A stretch of 43,144 nt of DNA, taken from assembly GCA_023250995.1 (NCBI GenBank), contig JAHEZO010000003.1, positions 1 through 43,144 of the forward strand, written 5' to 3'. A program made the translations under genes and the position numbers. Each line of letters opens with the position of its first letter. Position 1 is the stretch's first letter. The notes under the pieces are model-generated. The model worked only from the letters and a program-made list of their open reading frames with translations, was not told the origin of the DNA and ran no database searches. Shown here piece after piece: positions 1 to 8,282 of this stretch. This stretch comes from Flavobacteriales bacterium. GTDB lineage: Bacteria; Bacteroidota; Bacteroidia; Flavobacteriales_H; JAHEZO01.

Positions 1-570
1 ATTCCCACCGGTTGTGCCAATTGTCCCCGGAGAGCCATTTAATCCAGGAGAGCCATCGCCAGAAACAATTTTACATCTTACAATATTATAATTTGAGCAG
101 CCATTGAGATAAACGGCATAAACAGAATTTCCATTTCCGGGTGCATTGGCAACGATAATAGTTAAATCCTGCAACCTGAAACCCGTTTTATTAATTCCCT
201 CCACTCCGATTAAAGCGGTGGACGGGGAAAGGTTCAGATTATCCCTTGCAATAATGGATTCAGCCGAATTGCTTTTTGTCCATGTTGCAACGTCAAAGCC
301 CCCTTCTAAGGTTACGCTGTCGGGGATGGAAAGCTTTATTGAAATGTTGTAAGTTCCTGTAGAGAGCCAAATCCGTTTTGAGTTTGTGGAAACAAGATTA
401 AAAGCAAATTGCAAACTTGCCGGGTTGGTTCTGGTTCCGGTTAATCCGGAAGAAGCCCCATTGGGAGAAACGTAAATAATATTGCATTCCTGGGCGGGGG
501 CGAAAGACCAAAAGCCAAGATTAAAAATTCCAATAATAAACCAAGAAAAGAAAATTAAAACTTTTTTCAT
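1..570 (-). CDS. Secreted beta-helix / collagen-like repeat surface protein; only the N-terminal 190 codons are present (the 3' end lies beyond the window start)
   Basis: It is absent from the ORF track because it is open at the window edge. There is a reverse-strand ATG at 568-570 and I checked every in-frame triplet down to position 1 and found no stop. The translation begins MKKVLIFFSWFIIGIFNLGFWSFAPAQ (signal-peptide-like). It continues IYVSPNGASSGLTGTRTNPASL and LQDLTIIVANAPGNGNSVYAVYLNGCSNYNIVRCKI (parallel beta-helix-like). It ends at the window edge in GDGSPGLNGSPGTIGTTG (Gly-X-Y triplets). Confidence 0.7.
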   Translation of the reverse strand, partial: MKKVLIFFSWFIIGIFNLGFWSFAPAQECNIIYVSPNGASSGLTGTRTNPASLQFAFNLVSTNSKRIWLSTGTYNISIKLSIPDSVTLEGGFDVATWTKSNSAESIIARDNLNLSPSTALIGVEGINKTGFRLQDLTIIVANAPGNGNSVYAVYLNGCSNYNIVRCKIVSGDGSPGLNGSPGTIGTTGGN

Positions 571-605
571 TTATAAGATTTAACCAAAAAGAATTTAACT
601 CTACT

Positions 606-795
606 TTAAACCTGAAAGGTTCCCCAAACTCGCAGGCGATGCTGCAAACCTTTCAGGTTGGAACCTTAACTTAAACCCGAAAGGCTTCCCAAACTCGCAA
701 GCAATGCTGCAAACCTTTCAGGTTGGAACCTTAACTTAAACCCGAAAGGCTCCCCAAACTCGCAAGGGATGCTGCAAACCTTTCAGGTTGGAAAA
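606..795 (-). repeat. Three tandem copies of a 65-bp hairpin-forming repeat (AACCTGAAAGGTT...AACCTTTCAGGTT family)
   Basis: Units start at 606, 671 and 736, each beginning TTAAACC. In copy 1, AACCTGAAAGGTT (609-621) pairs perfectly with AACCTTTCAGGTT (647-659) over 13 bp around a 25-nt loop. The right arm plus flank GCTGCAAACCTTTCAGGTTGGA is identical in all three copies. The array abuts the stop codon of the PorP/SprF gene (796-798). Confidence 0.9.
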
Positions 796-1857
796 TTACT
801 CAGCCCGGGGCAAACCTTTAATTTTTATTTTATCCGTAGAAAAAATCCCGCTATACAATAAAGAAAACTCAATGCCTCCGTTATAGGTGCTTGCCGTTTT
901 CAATTTTGAAATATTCACATCATAAGAAATTCCCATTCTGATATTTCCATAATCGAAGCTTGTGGCGGCAATAATCGCATCACCCTTGCGGTAAAATGCA
1001 CCAAGATCCATGGTAACTTCATTGCGCCAATTGGTATAGCGGGAGGCGGTTTGCATTTTAATTTTGAAAAAGGCCCCAAGGAACAATTCCCTTTGCGCAC
1101 CCTGATTCATAAATAAAATTTTAGGAACAATGTACCGGTCGGGGAAGTTATCGTTATGCCTGAGTTTAATTTCGGTTTTTTGATGGATTACTAATTTTGG
1201 ATGCAAGGATTCTTTTTTGTTATTATTAAATGATTTATCGGGTTTATTGGCATGAAAAACTGCCAAGCCAGTAGAAAAATTTAATGCCTCGCTGTTTTGA
1301 AAATTCCAAAGGCCGCCAGCTGAAACATCAAAATAATTTTTTTTATCGGAGTAATTTAATTCTCTGGATGAAAGGGAGGGGTCAAAATTATTTCCATTGA
1401 ATTGGTTATCCCAGGTCAATTTTGAAAGGTTGATACTCTTTTGGGCATAACCACCCTGTATCCCTGCTGATAGGGTGTTGTGGTCGTTTATGATTTGAGT
1501 GGCCGCAAGAGACAAATTCACCTGGGTATTTGAAAGCTGTGATTTTCCGGCTTTATCATTAAAGGCAGATAATCCAACTCCCAGCCAGGTGTTTTTTCCC
1601 CTGTTTTTAAGAACATTCATATCATAGGCAAATGCTAAAGTTGAATAGGGAGCGGCCACACTGCTCCATTGATTTTTGTAATTGTTTGAAACGCGAAAAT
1701 TCAAATCCATCATCCCGGTGAGGGCGGGATTTAAAGTAAGGGGGGATGCATCAAACTGGGAAAAGTGAATATCCTGCGAAAAGGAATTTCTATCAATAAG
1801 CAGGCAATTGATTATAATTAAAATCAGAGACAAAAAACGAGTAAAAAATATTCTCAT
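796..1857 (-). CDS. PorP/SprF-family type IX secretion system outer-membrane protein
   Basis: 353 aa. A signal peptide is followed by FSQDIHFSQFDASPLTLNPALTG, which matches the characteristic opening motif of PorP/SprF-family proteins (FSQ-x-x-x-NP-x-x-x-NPA-x-x-G). The remainder has beta-barrel-like alternating composition. Confidence 0.8.
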   Translation of the reverse strand: MRIFFTRFLSLILIIINCLLIDRNSFSQDIHFSQFDASPLTLNPALTGMMDLNFRVSNNYKNQWSSVAAPYSTLAFAYDMNVLKNRGKNTWLGVGLSAFNDKAGKSQLSNTQVNLSLAATQIINDHNTLSAGIQGGYAQKSINLSKLTWDNQFNGNNFDPSLSSRELNYSDKKNYFDVSAGGLWNFQNSEALNFSTGLAVFHANKPDKSFNNNKKESLHPKLVIHQKTEIKLRHNDNFPDRYIVPKILFMNQGAQRELFLGAFFKIKMQTASRYTNWRNEVTMDLGAFYRKGDAIIAATSFDYGNIRMGISYDVNISKLKTASTYNGGIEFSLLYSGIFSTDKIKIKGLPRAE

Positions 1858-1922
1858 TTTGAATGATTTGAAATTATTATTGTCAAAGATAAAAAAATCA
1901 AATGAATGGCAATTTCTGCTAC

Positions 1923-2717
1923 TTATACTACTTTTGCTTTGCGTAAAATTTTCGAAAAAAGAAGGGGAAAAAATCTTTTTAAATATACTCCGCCTACCTC
2001 CCTAAAACCACCAATATAAACTTCTTCTTTTTCATTTTTAATGGCGGATAATATTTTTTTTGCACATAATTCCGGAGACAGTCCTTTATCTGTTGCATCA
2101 TCCATTTTATTCTGGGGAGAGCCATTTCCGGTGAGTGCGTTTATTGTAAGATGGGTTCTGACAAAACCGGGGCAGATCAGGGTAACCTTAATATTGTCAT
2201 CAAAATGTTCTGCTCTTAAAGAATCAAAAAATCCATGGAGTGCATGTTTGGTTGCGGCATAGGTGGAGCGAAAAGGGGAACCGTATTTTCCAGTTACACT
2301 TGTAACCACCACATAGTGTCCTTTTTTGTTTTGGATGAAGTAAGGGAGAAGAGATTTTGAAAGGGATATGGTACCAAGAAAATTGGTATCAACTAATTTT
2401 TTATCCACATTAAAATTTGTATCCTTTGCAAAGGCCCTTTGGGAAACTCCAGCATTGTTAATGAGAAAATCAATGGTTCCAAAAGTTTTCAATGCAAATG
2501 AAACTTTGGAAGGAATTTCATCGTGGTTTGCGAGATCGAGGGGCAATATAAGAAGATCGTTTTCGGGGAGAGAACAATTTTTTTTAACTCTTATAAGTTC
2601 ACTTTCTCTTCGGGCGGAAAGAATCAGTTTGGCGCCTTCTTTTGCAAATGCATAGGCCAGGGCTTCTCCCAGTCCGCCCGAAGCACCCGTTATCCAAACC
2701 GTTTTATTTTTGAACAT
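1923..2717 (-). CDS. Short-chain dehydrogenase/reductase (SDR) family oxidoreductase
   Basis: It carries TGASGGLGEALAYAF (TGxxxGxG cofactor site), NNAG, and YAATKHAL (YxxxK catalytic motif). I place the start at the ATG at 2715-2717 (MFKNKTVWITG). The ORF-track start at 2771 adds 18 codons that read through the upstream hairpin repeat. Confidence 0.85.
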   Translation of the reverse strand: MFKNKTVWITGASGGLGEALAYAFAKEGAKLILSARRESELIRVKKNCSLPENDLLILPLDLANHDEIPSKVSFALKTFGTIDFLINNAGVSQRAFAKDTNFNVDKKLVDTNFLGTISLSKSLLPYFIQNKKGHYVVVTSVTGKYGSPFRSTYAATKHALHGFFDSLRAEHFDDNIKVTLICPGFVRTHLTINALTGNGSPQNKMDDATDKGLSPELCAKKILSAIKNEKEEVYIGGFREVGGVYLKRFFPLLFSKILRKAKVV

Positions 2718-2744
2718 TAAGCAAGTAAAAGATTTTAATTTAAA

Positions 2745-2823
2745 ACTTAAACCTGACAGGTTCGGCAGCACGCAAATGCCATAGCTGCAAACCTTGCAGG
2801 TTGGGTGGCAAACCTTTCAGGTT
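2745..2823 (-). repeat. Dispersed copy (about 1.5 units) of the AACCTG-N-CAGGTT hairpin repeat family
   Basis: AACCTGACAGGTT (2750-2762), AACCTTGCAGGTT (2790-2802) and AACCTTTCAGGTT (2811-2823) are present with the same GCTGCAAACC flank seen at 606-795. The last arm touches the aldehyde dehydrogenase stop codon (2823-2825). Confidence 0.8.
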
Positions 2824-4193
2824 TAGGAGCGAAGATGCCAACCTTTAGGCTTTGCAAAAGCCCTTATTCCCAAATGAGAAAGCGTTGCTCCGATTCCTGA
2901 ATTTTTTCTTCCGCTCCAGGGTAAAAAGGGACTTACCCTATCGCAGCAATTCCAATAGGCTGTTCCGGTATTCATCCCGGCAAGAATTTTTTCCGCCCTG
3001 AATTTATCTTTTGAATAAACGGAGACCGTTAAACCGAACTCCGTATCCTGCATTAAAGCTGCAGCTTCATCGTCATTAATTACTTTTTGAATTCCGATTA
3101 CGGGTCCGAAAGTTTCTTCCTTCATTAAACGCATGGTGTGATCAACATTGGAAAAAACCGTTGGAGAAAATCCCCAGCCTTTTCCCGAAGAGGGAGACCG
3201 TTGACCGCCACACAATAAAACGGCCCCTTTTTTTAATGCATCTGAAACCAAATCTTCAAGAAAAATTAAATGTTCTTTTCGGGCAACGGGGCCAATCATA
3301 ACTCCATCCTCCATAGGATTTCCCACCTTCCATTTTTTTAATTCTTCAAGAAAACAACAAATGAATTCATCATAAACTTTTTGATGAACATAAATTCTTT
3401 TAACTGCACAACAACTTTGGCCATTATTGTAAAAAACCCCTTCAACAGCCGAGTTGGCCACATTTTTTATGCTTTCCACATCATCTGCCACATACAAGGG
3501 GTCGTTACCTCCGAGTTCCAACTGACAGGGGACCAGTTTGGGTGCAACTTTTTCGGCAATGTATTTTCCCGTTTTGAAAGAACCAGTGAAAAAATAACCA
3601 TCCAGAGGCAAGTCAAGCAATGCCTCACCTGCGTTTTTTCCTCCTGCAATTGCTTTAAAACAATTATCGGGGATGCCTGCTTTTAATAGGAGTTCTTCAA
3701 TTTTTAGCCCGGTTAAAGTAGCATACTCAGACGGTTTGTACAAAACAGAGTTACCGGCAATAAGAGCGGGAATAAAAACATTTACCCCCACCAGGTAAGG
3801 ATAATTCCATGCAGAAATATTTGCTATTATCCCTAGCGGTTCGTATGAAATTTTTTCTTTGGTGTTTCCCTCTAAAATCTGCCATTCATCCGAAAGATAT
3901 TTTTCGGAATTTTCGAGGAAAAAATTAATTCGGTATTGAGCGCCATTAATCTCGTTCAGCGATTGCCATAAAGGTTTCCCCATTTCGGAGGTAAGGATTT
4001 TAGCAAGCTCATCTTTATTTGTTCCAAGTAAATCAGAAAAAATCCGGATGCGGTTCAACCTCTCTGAAATCGGGATTTGTTTCCATGATAATTGTCCCTT
4101 TTTTAATTTTAAAAAAATCTGTTTAATAGACTCAGAAGAATATTCTGTTATTTCCTGAATTGTTTCTTCGGTGGCAGGATTGATTATTTTCAT
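2823..4193 (-). CDS. Aldehyde dehydrogenase family protein
   Basis: 456 aa with LELGGNDP (catalytic Glu region), NNGQSCCAVKR (catalytic Cys region) and EETFGPV. These are the classical ALDH superfamily motifs. Confidence 0.9.
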   Translation of the reverse strand: MKIINPATEETIQEITEYSSESIKQIFLKLKKGQLSWKQIPISERLNRIRIFSDLLGTNKDELAKILTSEMGKPLWQSLNEINGAQYRINFFLENSEKYLSDEWQILEGNTKEKISYEPLGIIANISAWNYPYLVGVNVFIPALIAGNSVLYKPSEYATLTGLKIEELLLKAGIPDNCFKAIAGGKNAGEALLDLPLDGYFFTGSFKTGKYIAEKVAPKLVPCQLELGGNDPLYVADDVESIKNVANSAVEGVFYNNGQSCCAVKRIYVHQKVYDEFICCFLEELKKWKVGNPMEDGVMIGPVARKEHLIFLEDLVSDALKKGAVLLCGGQRSPSSGKGWGFSPTVFSNVDHTMRLMKEETFGPVIGIQKVINDDEAAALMQDTEFGLTVSVYSKDKFRAEKILAGMNTGTAYWNCCDRVSPFLPWSGRKNSGIGATLSHLGIRAFAKPKGWHLRS

Positions 4194-4201
4194 TGCGATG
4201 G

Positions 4202-4891
4202 TTAAATAATTTTTAAAAATTCATCTCTGATGTTTTTTGAAAAGGGACTTTCAGTGTCTTTCATCCTTTCGGGATGCCACTGTACTAAAAGCAAAGGGGA
4301 TTTATTTGTTGGATTTTTCCATTCTAACCCTTCGATAATTCCATCATCAGCCAATGCTGTAACCTTTAAATCGGGTGCAATTACATCGGCTGATTGGTGG
4401 TGGGCACTATTTACTTCACCCCGGCCTTTACCAATAAATTTTTTCAGAAGCGAATCTTCAAAAATGTTTACGAGGTGAATTTCGTCATATCCGATTTTTT
4501 TTGAATGAGAGGGTTTTCCGAAAGAAGGAATATCGGGGATCAGTGTACCTCCCAAAAAAACATTGGTAACCTGCAAACCGCGGCAAATACCCAGCAAGGG
4601 TTTTTTCTGTTGGAGTGTTTTGTCAATCACTTTAATTTCAAACTCATCCCTTTCAACATTTAAATCATTGGGTTTTAAAAAGGAAATGAAATCGGGTTTT
4701 TTGTAAAATTCAGGATGAACATCTTCTCCTCCGGATAATACAATCCCATCACATTTTTCAATTTCATTGAGGTTGTTTTCTTTCCAGGTTAATTTAACAA
4801 CTGTTACCCCGGGAATTTTTTCAAACCAACTTGCGTAATTCGCCCATTTGCTGCAGTCAGTAATTCCGATGGTTAAATTTTTTTCTGTCAT
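4202..4891 (-). CDS. Class I glutamine amidotransferase-like hydrolase, peptidase C26 / gamma-glutamyl-GABA hydrolase (PuuD-like) family
   Basis: 229 aa with LLGICRGLQ (nucleophile Cys) and VQWHPE (His-x-Glu), as in peptidase C26 family members. Confidence 0.8.
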   Translation of the reverse strand: MTEKNLTIGITDCSKWANYASWFEKIPGVTVVKLTWKENNLNEIEKCDGIVLSGGEDVHPEFYKKPDFISFLKPNDLNVERDEFEIKVIDKTLQQKKPLLGICRGLQVTNVFLGGTLIPDIPSFGKPSHSKKIGYDEIHLVNIFEDSLLKKFIGKGRGEVNSAHHQSADVIAPDLKVTALADDGIIEGLEWKNPTNKSPLLLVQWHPERMKDTESPFSKNIRDEFLKII

Positions 4892-4906
4892 TAAAAAATA
4901 TATTTT

Positions 4907-5932
4907 TTAAAGTTTTTTGCTAAGATAATCAGAATACCAATTCATAGTTTTTGCAAGTCCGTTTTCCCAGTTTACCAGAGGAGAATACCCCAGAACGATT
5001 TTGGCTTTTTTGTTCGAAAAAATTAAATTTTTTCTTGGAACCGAAACGCGGTATTTTGTTAATGGAGGGGGTGATTTTTTATTTTGAACCTTCCATAACA
5101 ACTCAAAAATGGCCGCAACAATAAATGCGAATTTAAAAGGAACCGAAAGGAATTTATTTCCGGCTTTAAGTTTTTCTGCAATATCAACTGCAATTTGTTT
5201 CCATGAAACCGGATCATCATCACATATTATAAATGTTTCTCCAGAAGCCTTTGGATGAAAGCCCGCAAGAGTAATTCCCTCAACCAGGTTTTCGATAAAT
5301 GCAGTGGAGATTTTGGCTTTCCCGCTATTGATAAGAGCAAATTTTCCTTTGCTAATTGCCACTGCAAGGTGAATAAAAGAGGTAGTATCCCCAGGGCCAA
5401 AAGGGAAAAACCCTGGGCGCACAATTACTGTTTCAATAATTTTTTTTCGAAAAAAACCGTTCACCAGAATTTCAGATTCCCTTTTTGAAATGGCGTAGGC
5501 GTTGATCATGCTGTCAGCAATTAAATTTTCATCTGAACCATCATGACCATTTAATTTATGAATGGCAAGAGAGCTGACATAAAGAAATCTTTTAGCTCCC
5601 GCTTGTGCAGAGGCCTCCAGTAAATTTTTTGTTCCCCCCGTATTTACTTTTAAATGTAAGTGAATGCTTCCCCAGTCGGATGCGAGTGCGGCAAGGTGAA
5701 AAACATGAGTAATTCCGGATAACGAATTTTTGAGAGAGGCAGGTTTGGTAATATCCGCGAAAACAATTTCATTGACCACCCCGGAAATATTTTCAACCGA
5801 AGTTCCGGTGAGAGCCATACCTCTCACAAAAAAATTTAGGGAGGAAAGATGTTTACAAAGGTTTGAGCCAATAAACCCGTTGGCTCCGGTGACTAGGATT
5901 TTAATATTTTCTTTGTCAGTGATGTAAGCCAC
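4907..5932 (-). CDS. NAD-dependent epimerase/dehydratase (extended SDR, 3-beta-HSD-like) family protein
   Basis: 341 aa with ILVTGANGFIGSNL (Rossmann GxxGxxG) and YAISK (YxxxK). It overlaps the upstream CPBP gene by 17 nt. Confidence 0.8.
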   Translation of the reverse strand: MAYITDKENIKILVTGANGFIGSNLCKHLSSLNFFVRGMALTGTSVENISGVVNEIVFADITKPASLKNSLSGITHVFHLAALASDWGSIHLHLKVNTGGTKNLLEASAQAGAKRFLYVSSLAIHKLNGHDGSDENLIADSMINAYAISKRESEILVNGFFRKKIIETVIVRPGFFPFGPGDTTSFIHLAVAISKGKFALINSGKAKISTAFIENLVEGITLAGFHPKASGETFIICDDDPVSWKQIAVDIAEKLKAGNKFLSVPFKFAFIVAAIFELLWKVQNKKSPPPLTKYRVSVPRKNLIFSNKKAKIVLGYSPLVNWENGLAKTMNWYSDYLSKKL

Positions 5933-6632
5933 AGAAATAAGAATTTAACATACCGAGATAAAAGTGAAATAAAAGAGGCCAAAAAATAGAACGGGTTCTG
6001 AAAGCCAGCAAACCAAGGTAAAGGCCTCCGGGAATAGCACTCCAGGTTTCGCCCGAAGGCTTGCCAATATGAATAAGAGTGGAGGCGAGAGTTTGAATCC
6101 AGAGAGCGGTAAAAGGGCCTAGAGAATTCTTAAAGCCAAAATTTAAATAACCTCTGAAAAAAAATTCCCATCCGGTGTAATAAATTAAATAACCCATGCT
6201 CCAGAAAATAAAATTCTGCGGAGATTCCATTGATTTCATGCTTAGCGGATATTCGGCCAAAAAACTTTTATCAAAACTGTTAATGTACAATGGAAGTGGC
6301 AGTAAAGCGAAAGAAATTAATGTTGCTTTTATTCCGAATTTGTAATCACCCAGGCAAAAGCCATACTCCGATACTTTTTCTTTGAAAACAAAAAGTACGA
6401 TTAAAACAGGGATTAAAAAAAACAATAAAAATGTTGAACTGTGGTGAAAAAAATATTTATACCAATCCAAATCGTATTTTGACAGTGAGGTAAAATCAGG
6501 AAAAATTTTTACAAAAGAAGATTCATCGCCAGGGTAAATCAACAAGACCATCAGAACTATGCAGGAAACCCAAAGGATAAGGGTTTTTTTGTTGGTATTC
6601 AGAAGGGGGGAGAAAAAGGCGGTGGGATCCAT
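5916..6632 (-). CDS. CPBP (CAAX/Abi-type) intramembrane metalloprotease family protein
   Basis: 238 aa and strongly hydrophobic with multiple predicted spans. It has GWEFFFRGY (EExxxR-like motif), followed by conserved His residues in LIHIGK and LLFHFYLGMLN. Confidence 0.6.
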   Translation of the reverse strand: MDPTAFFSPLLNTNKKTLILWVSCIVLMVLLIYPGDESSFVKIFPDFTSLSKYDLDWYKYFFHHSSTFLLFFLIPVLIVLFVFKEKVSEYGFCLGDYKFGIKATLISFALLPLPLYINSFDKSFLAEYPLSMKSMESPQNFIFWSMGYLIYYTGWEFFFRGYLNFGFKNSLGPFTALWIQTLASTLIHIGKPSGETWSAIPGGLYLGLLAFRTRSIFWPLLFHFYLGMLNSYFCGLHH

Positions 6633-6664
6633 TTAATTAAATGAGAAAAAAAATCATCAATTTG

Positions 6665-7801
6665 TCAAAGTCCTTCCAAATATAGTTTTTTAAAATCTTC
6701 TCTAGTAACCGGCTTTGGATTATTCGGGTGGCAGAAATCGGCAAATGCCAAATCGGAAAGAGGTTCGATGTGTTCGGGTTTTACACCAATGCCGCTGAGT
6801 TTAACCGGAAGGCCTAGGTTATTATTTAATTGAAAAAGAAAATCCACCACATGTTCCCCTGTTTTTTTTTTCAAACCAATGGTTCGGGCAATCCGGGTGA
6901 ATTTTTCTTCGCATCCTCCAATGTTAAAGCGCATACCATAAGGAAGATTCACGGCATTGGCCAGGCCATGATGGGTATCCAATAAACTTGAAAGAGGGTG
7001 GGCCAGAGAGTGCACCACACCTAATCCTTTTTGAAAAGCAATGGCTCCCATGGTTGAGCCCATCATCATATTGGTCCGGCTTGCGGAATCGGGTTTGTTC
7101 ACCGCTTTCTCGATGGATTGAGTGATGAGCCGTATCCCTTCAAGGGCAATTCCCTCGCAAATGGGGTGTTCCATTTTAGCCAGAAATGCTTCCAGGTTAT
7201 GTGTAAGAGCATCCATGCCTGTAGCGGCCGTTATAAAAGGGGGCAAATCATTCGTCAGTTCCGGATCGCAAAAAACTATTTTTGCAAGGAGTTTGGGTGC
7301 AAAAAGAATTTTTTTCTGGTGGTTAATATCATCGGCAATTATGGCACTCCTGCCCACTTCACTTCCCGTTCCGCTGGTGGTGGGGACTGTGATAAAATAG
7401 GGAACTTCATTAGTAACATATTTATCCCCTCCAATTAAATCATCATAATAAAATAAATCTTCATGGTGATTTACTTTTAAAACAATTGCCCTTGCCACAT
7501 CCATAGCCACTCCTCCGCCAATACCGATAATGCAATCGCAATTTGATTTTTTAAAAACATCAGTTCCTTTTAAAACATCCGATTTAACCGGATTTTTGTG
7601 CATGTCGGAAAAAACTTCGGGATGAATTTTTTTTGAAGCAAGTTCATTCTTAGTTTTTTTAAAAAACTCCAGTCCGGCCACTACCGGGTCGGTAACAAGT
7701 AAGGGACGGTTCAGATTATTTGCTTTCAGGTAATCGGAAAGTTCGTTAATTACCCCGGAACCAAAGCGGATTGTTGTAGGGAAGTTGTAGGTGTATTTCA
7801 T
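6665..7801 (-). CDS. Iron-containing (group III) alcohol dehydrogenase
   Basis: 378 aa with GIGGGVAMDVARAI (GGGSxxD-type NAD site), TTSGTGSE, and VHSLAHPLS...HHG (metal-ligand His cluster). Confidence 0.9.
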   Translation of the reverse strand: MKYTYNFPTTIRFGSGVINELSDYLKANNLNRPLLVTDPVVAGLEFFKKTKNELASKKIHPEVFSDMHKNPVKSDVLKGTDVFKKSNCDCIIGIGGGVAMDVARAIVLKVNHHEDLFYYDDLIGGDKYVTNEVPYFITVPTTSGTGSEVGRSAIIADDINHQKKILFAPKLLAKIVFCDPELTNDLPPFITAATGMDALTHNLEAFLAKMEHPICEGIALEGIRLITQSIEKAVNKPDSASRTNMMMGSTMGAIAFQKGLGVVHSLAHPLSSLLDTHHGLANAVNLPYGMRFNIGGCEEKFTRIARTIGLKKKTGEHVVDFLFQLNNNLGLPVKLSGIGVKPEHIEPLSDLAFADFCHPNNPKPVTREDFKKLYLEGL

Positions 7802-7885
7802 AGATAAAAAGTGTAAGGGTTTAAGGGTTTATGAGTTATTAACTGGACTTACGAAAATGGTTTTATTAAAAATATTAAATAAAAA

Positions 7886-8076
7886 TTTCACGCAGAGCCG
7901 CAATGGTCGCAAAGTTTTAAGGCCGCAGATCAACCCCCACAGTAAAACTGTGGGGGACATTGCGTTCTTAAAAACGTAATTCGTATTTATTAAAATCAGC
8001 ATTAAAATTGATGAGAATTTTTAAATTTTCTTTTATTCAAATATTCCACTTGCGAACTTGGCGACTTTGCGTGAAA
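7886..8076. repeat. Imperfect ~30-bp inverted repeat (TTTCACGCAGAGCCGCAATGGTCGCAAAGT / reverse complement) enclosing ~130 bp with a GC hairpin; MITE-like
   Basis: The left arm lies within 7886-7918 and the right arm at 8047-8076, whose reverse complement is TTTCACGCAAAGTCGCCAAGTTCGCAAGTG. By eye about 24 of 29 positions match. The interior holds a 9-bp GC-rich hairpin, CCCCCACAG-TAAAA-CTGTGGGGG (7934-7956). Confidence 0.7.
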
Positions 8077-8282
8077 CTTTTAGTTTTTGCTTAACTTCAG
8101 TTATTAAGTTTAGGGCTTTTTGACGGATGTTGTAAAAAAAAATGTTTCAGTTGTCTCAAGCAATTTATTCTTCAAATTTCTGAATCTCCATTCTTTCTTT
8201 ATAAATTACAAACTTACGACTTATACCTTTTCTCATTATTAAACATGCTCTTACTTTTTTTATAAAAAGTAAGCAAAAAATC

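Noticed and set aside
146-352. 68-aa plus-strand ORF, plus other short track ORFs nested in or antisense to confidently assigned genes (for example 915-1100, 3381-3686, 7118-7438, 17056-17433, 21138-21512 and 21959-22345)
   Set aside because: Each lies wholly within a longer ORF on the opposite strand or in another frame, and that longer ORF has clear family motifs. None of them shows motifs of its own.
2718-2771. ORF-track N-terminal extensions: SDR at 2771, HMA at 11892, CxxCH protein at 14661, ilvN at 19753 and ilvE at 29097
   Set aside because: For those I checked against the sequence (14661, 19753 and 29097) the upstream start is a TTG. In all five cases the extension runs through a repeat, a terminator or the preceding gene. 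An in-frame ATG lies directly before a sensible N-terminus (Rossmann motif, signal peptide, or the conserved MYYN start).
7791-7979. 62-aa plus-strand ORF from the track (…FTQSRNGRKVLRPQINPHSKTVGDIAFLKT)
   Set aside because: It starts inside the Fe-ADH start region on the opposite strand and reads straight through the octamer-like motif, the CACGCAGAG inverted-repeat arm and the GC hairpin. It is a translation of repeat DNA and not a gene.
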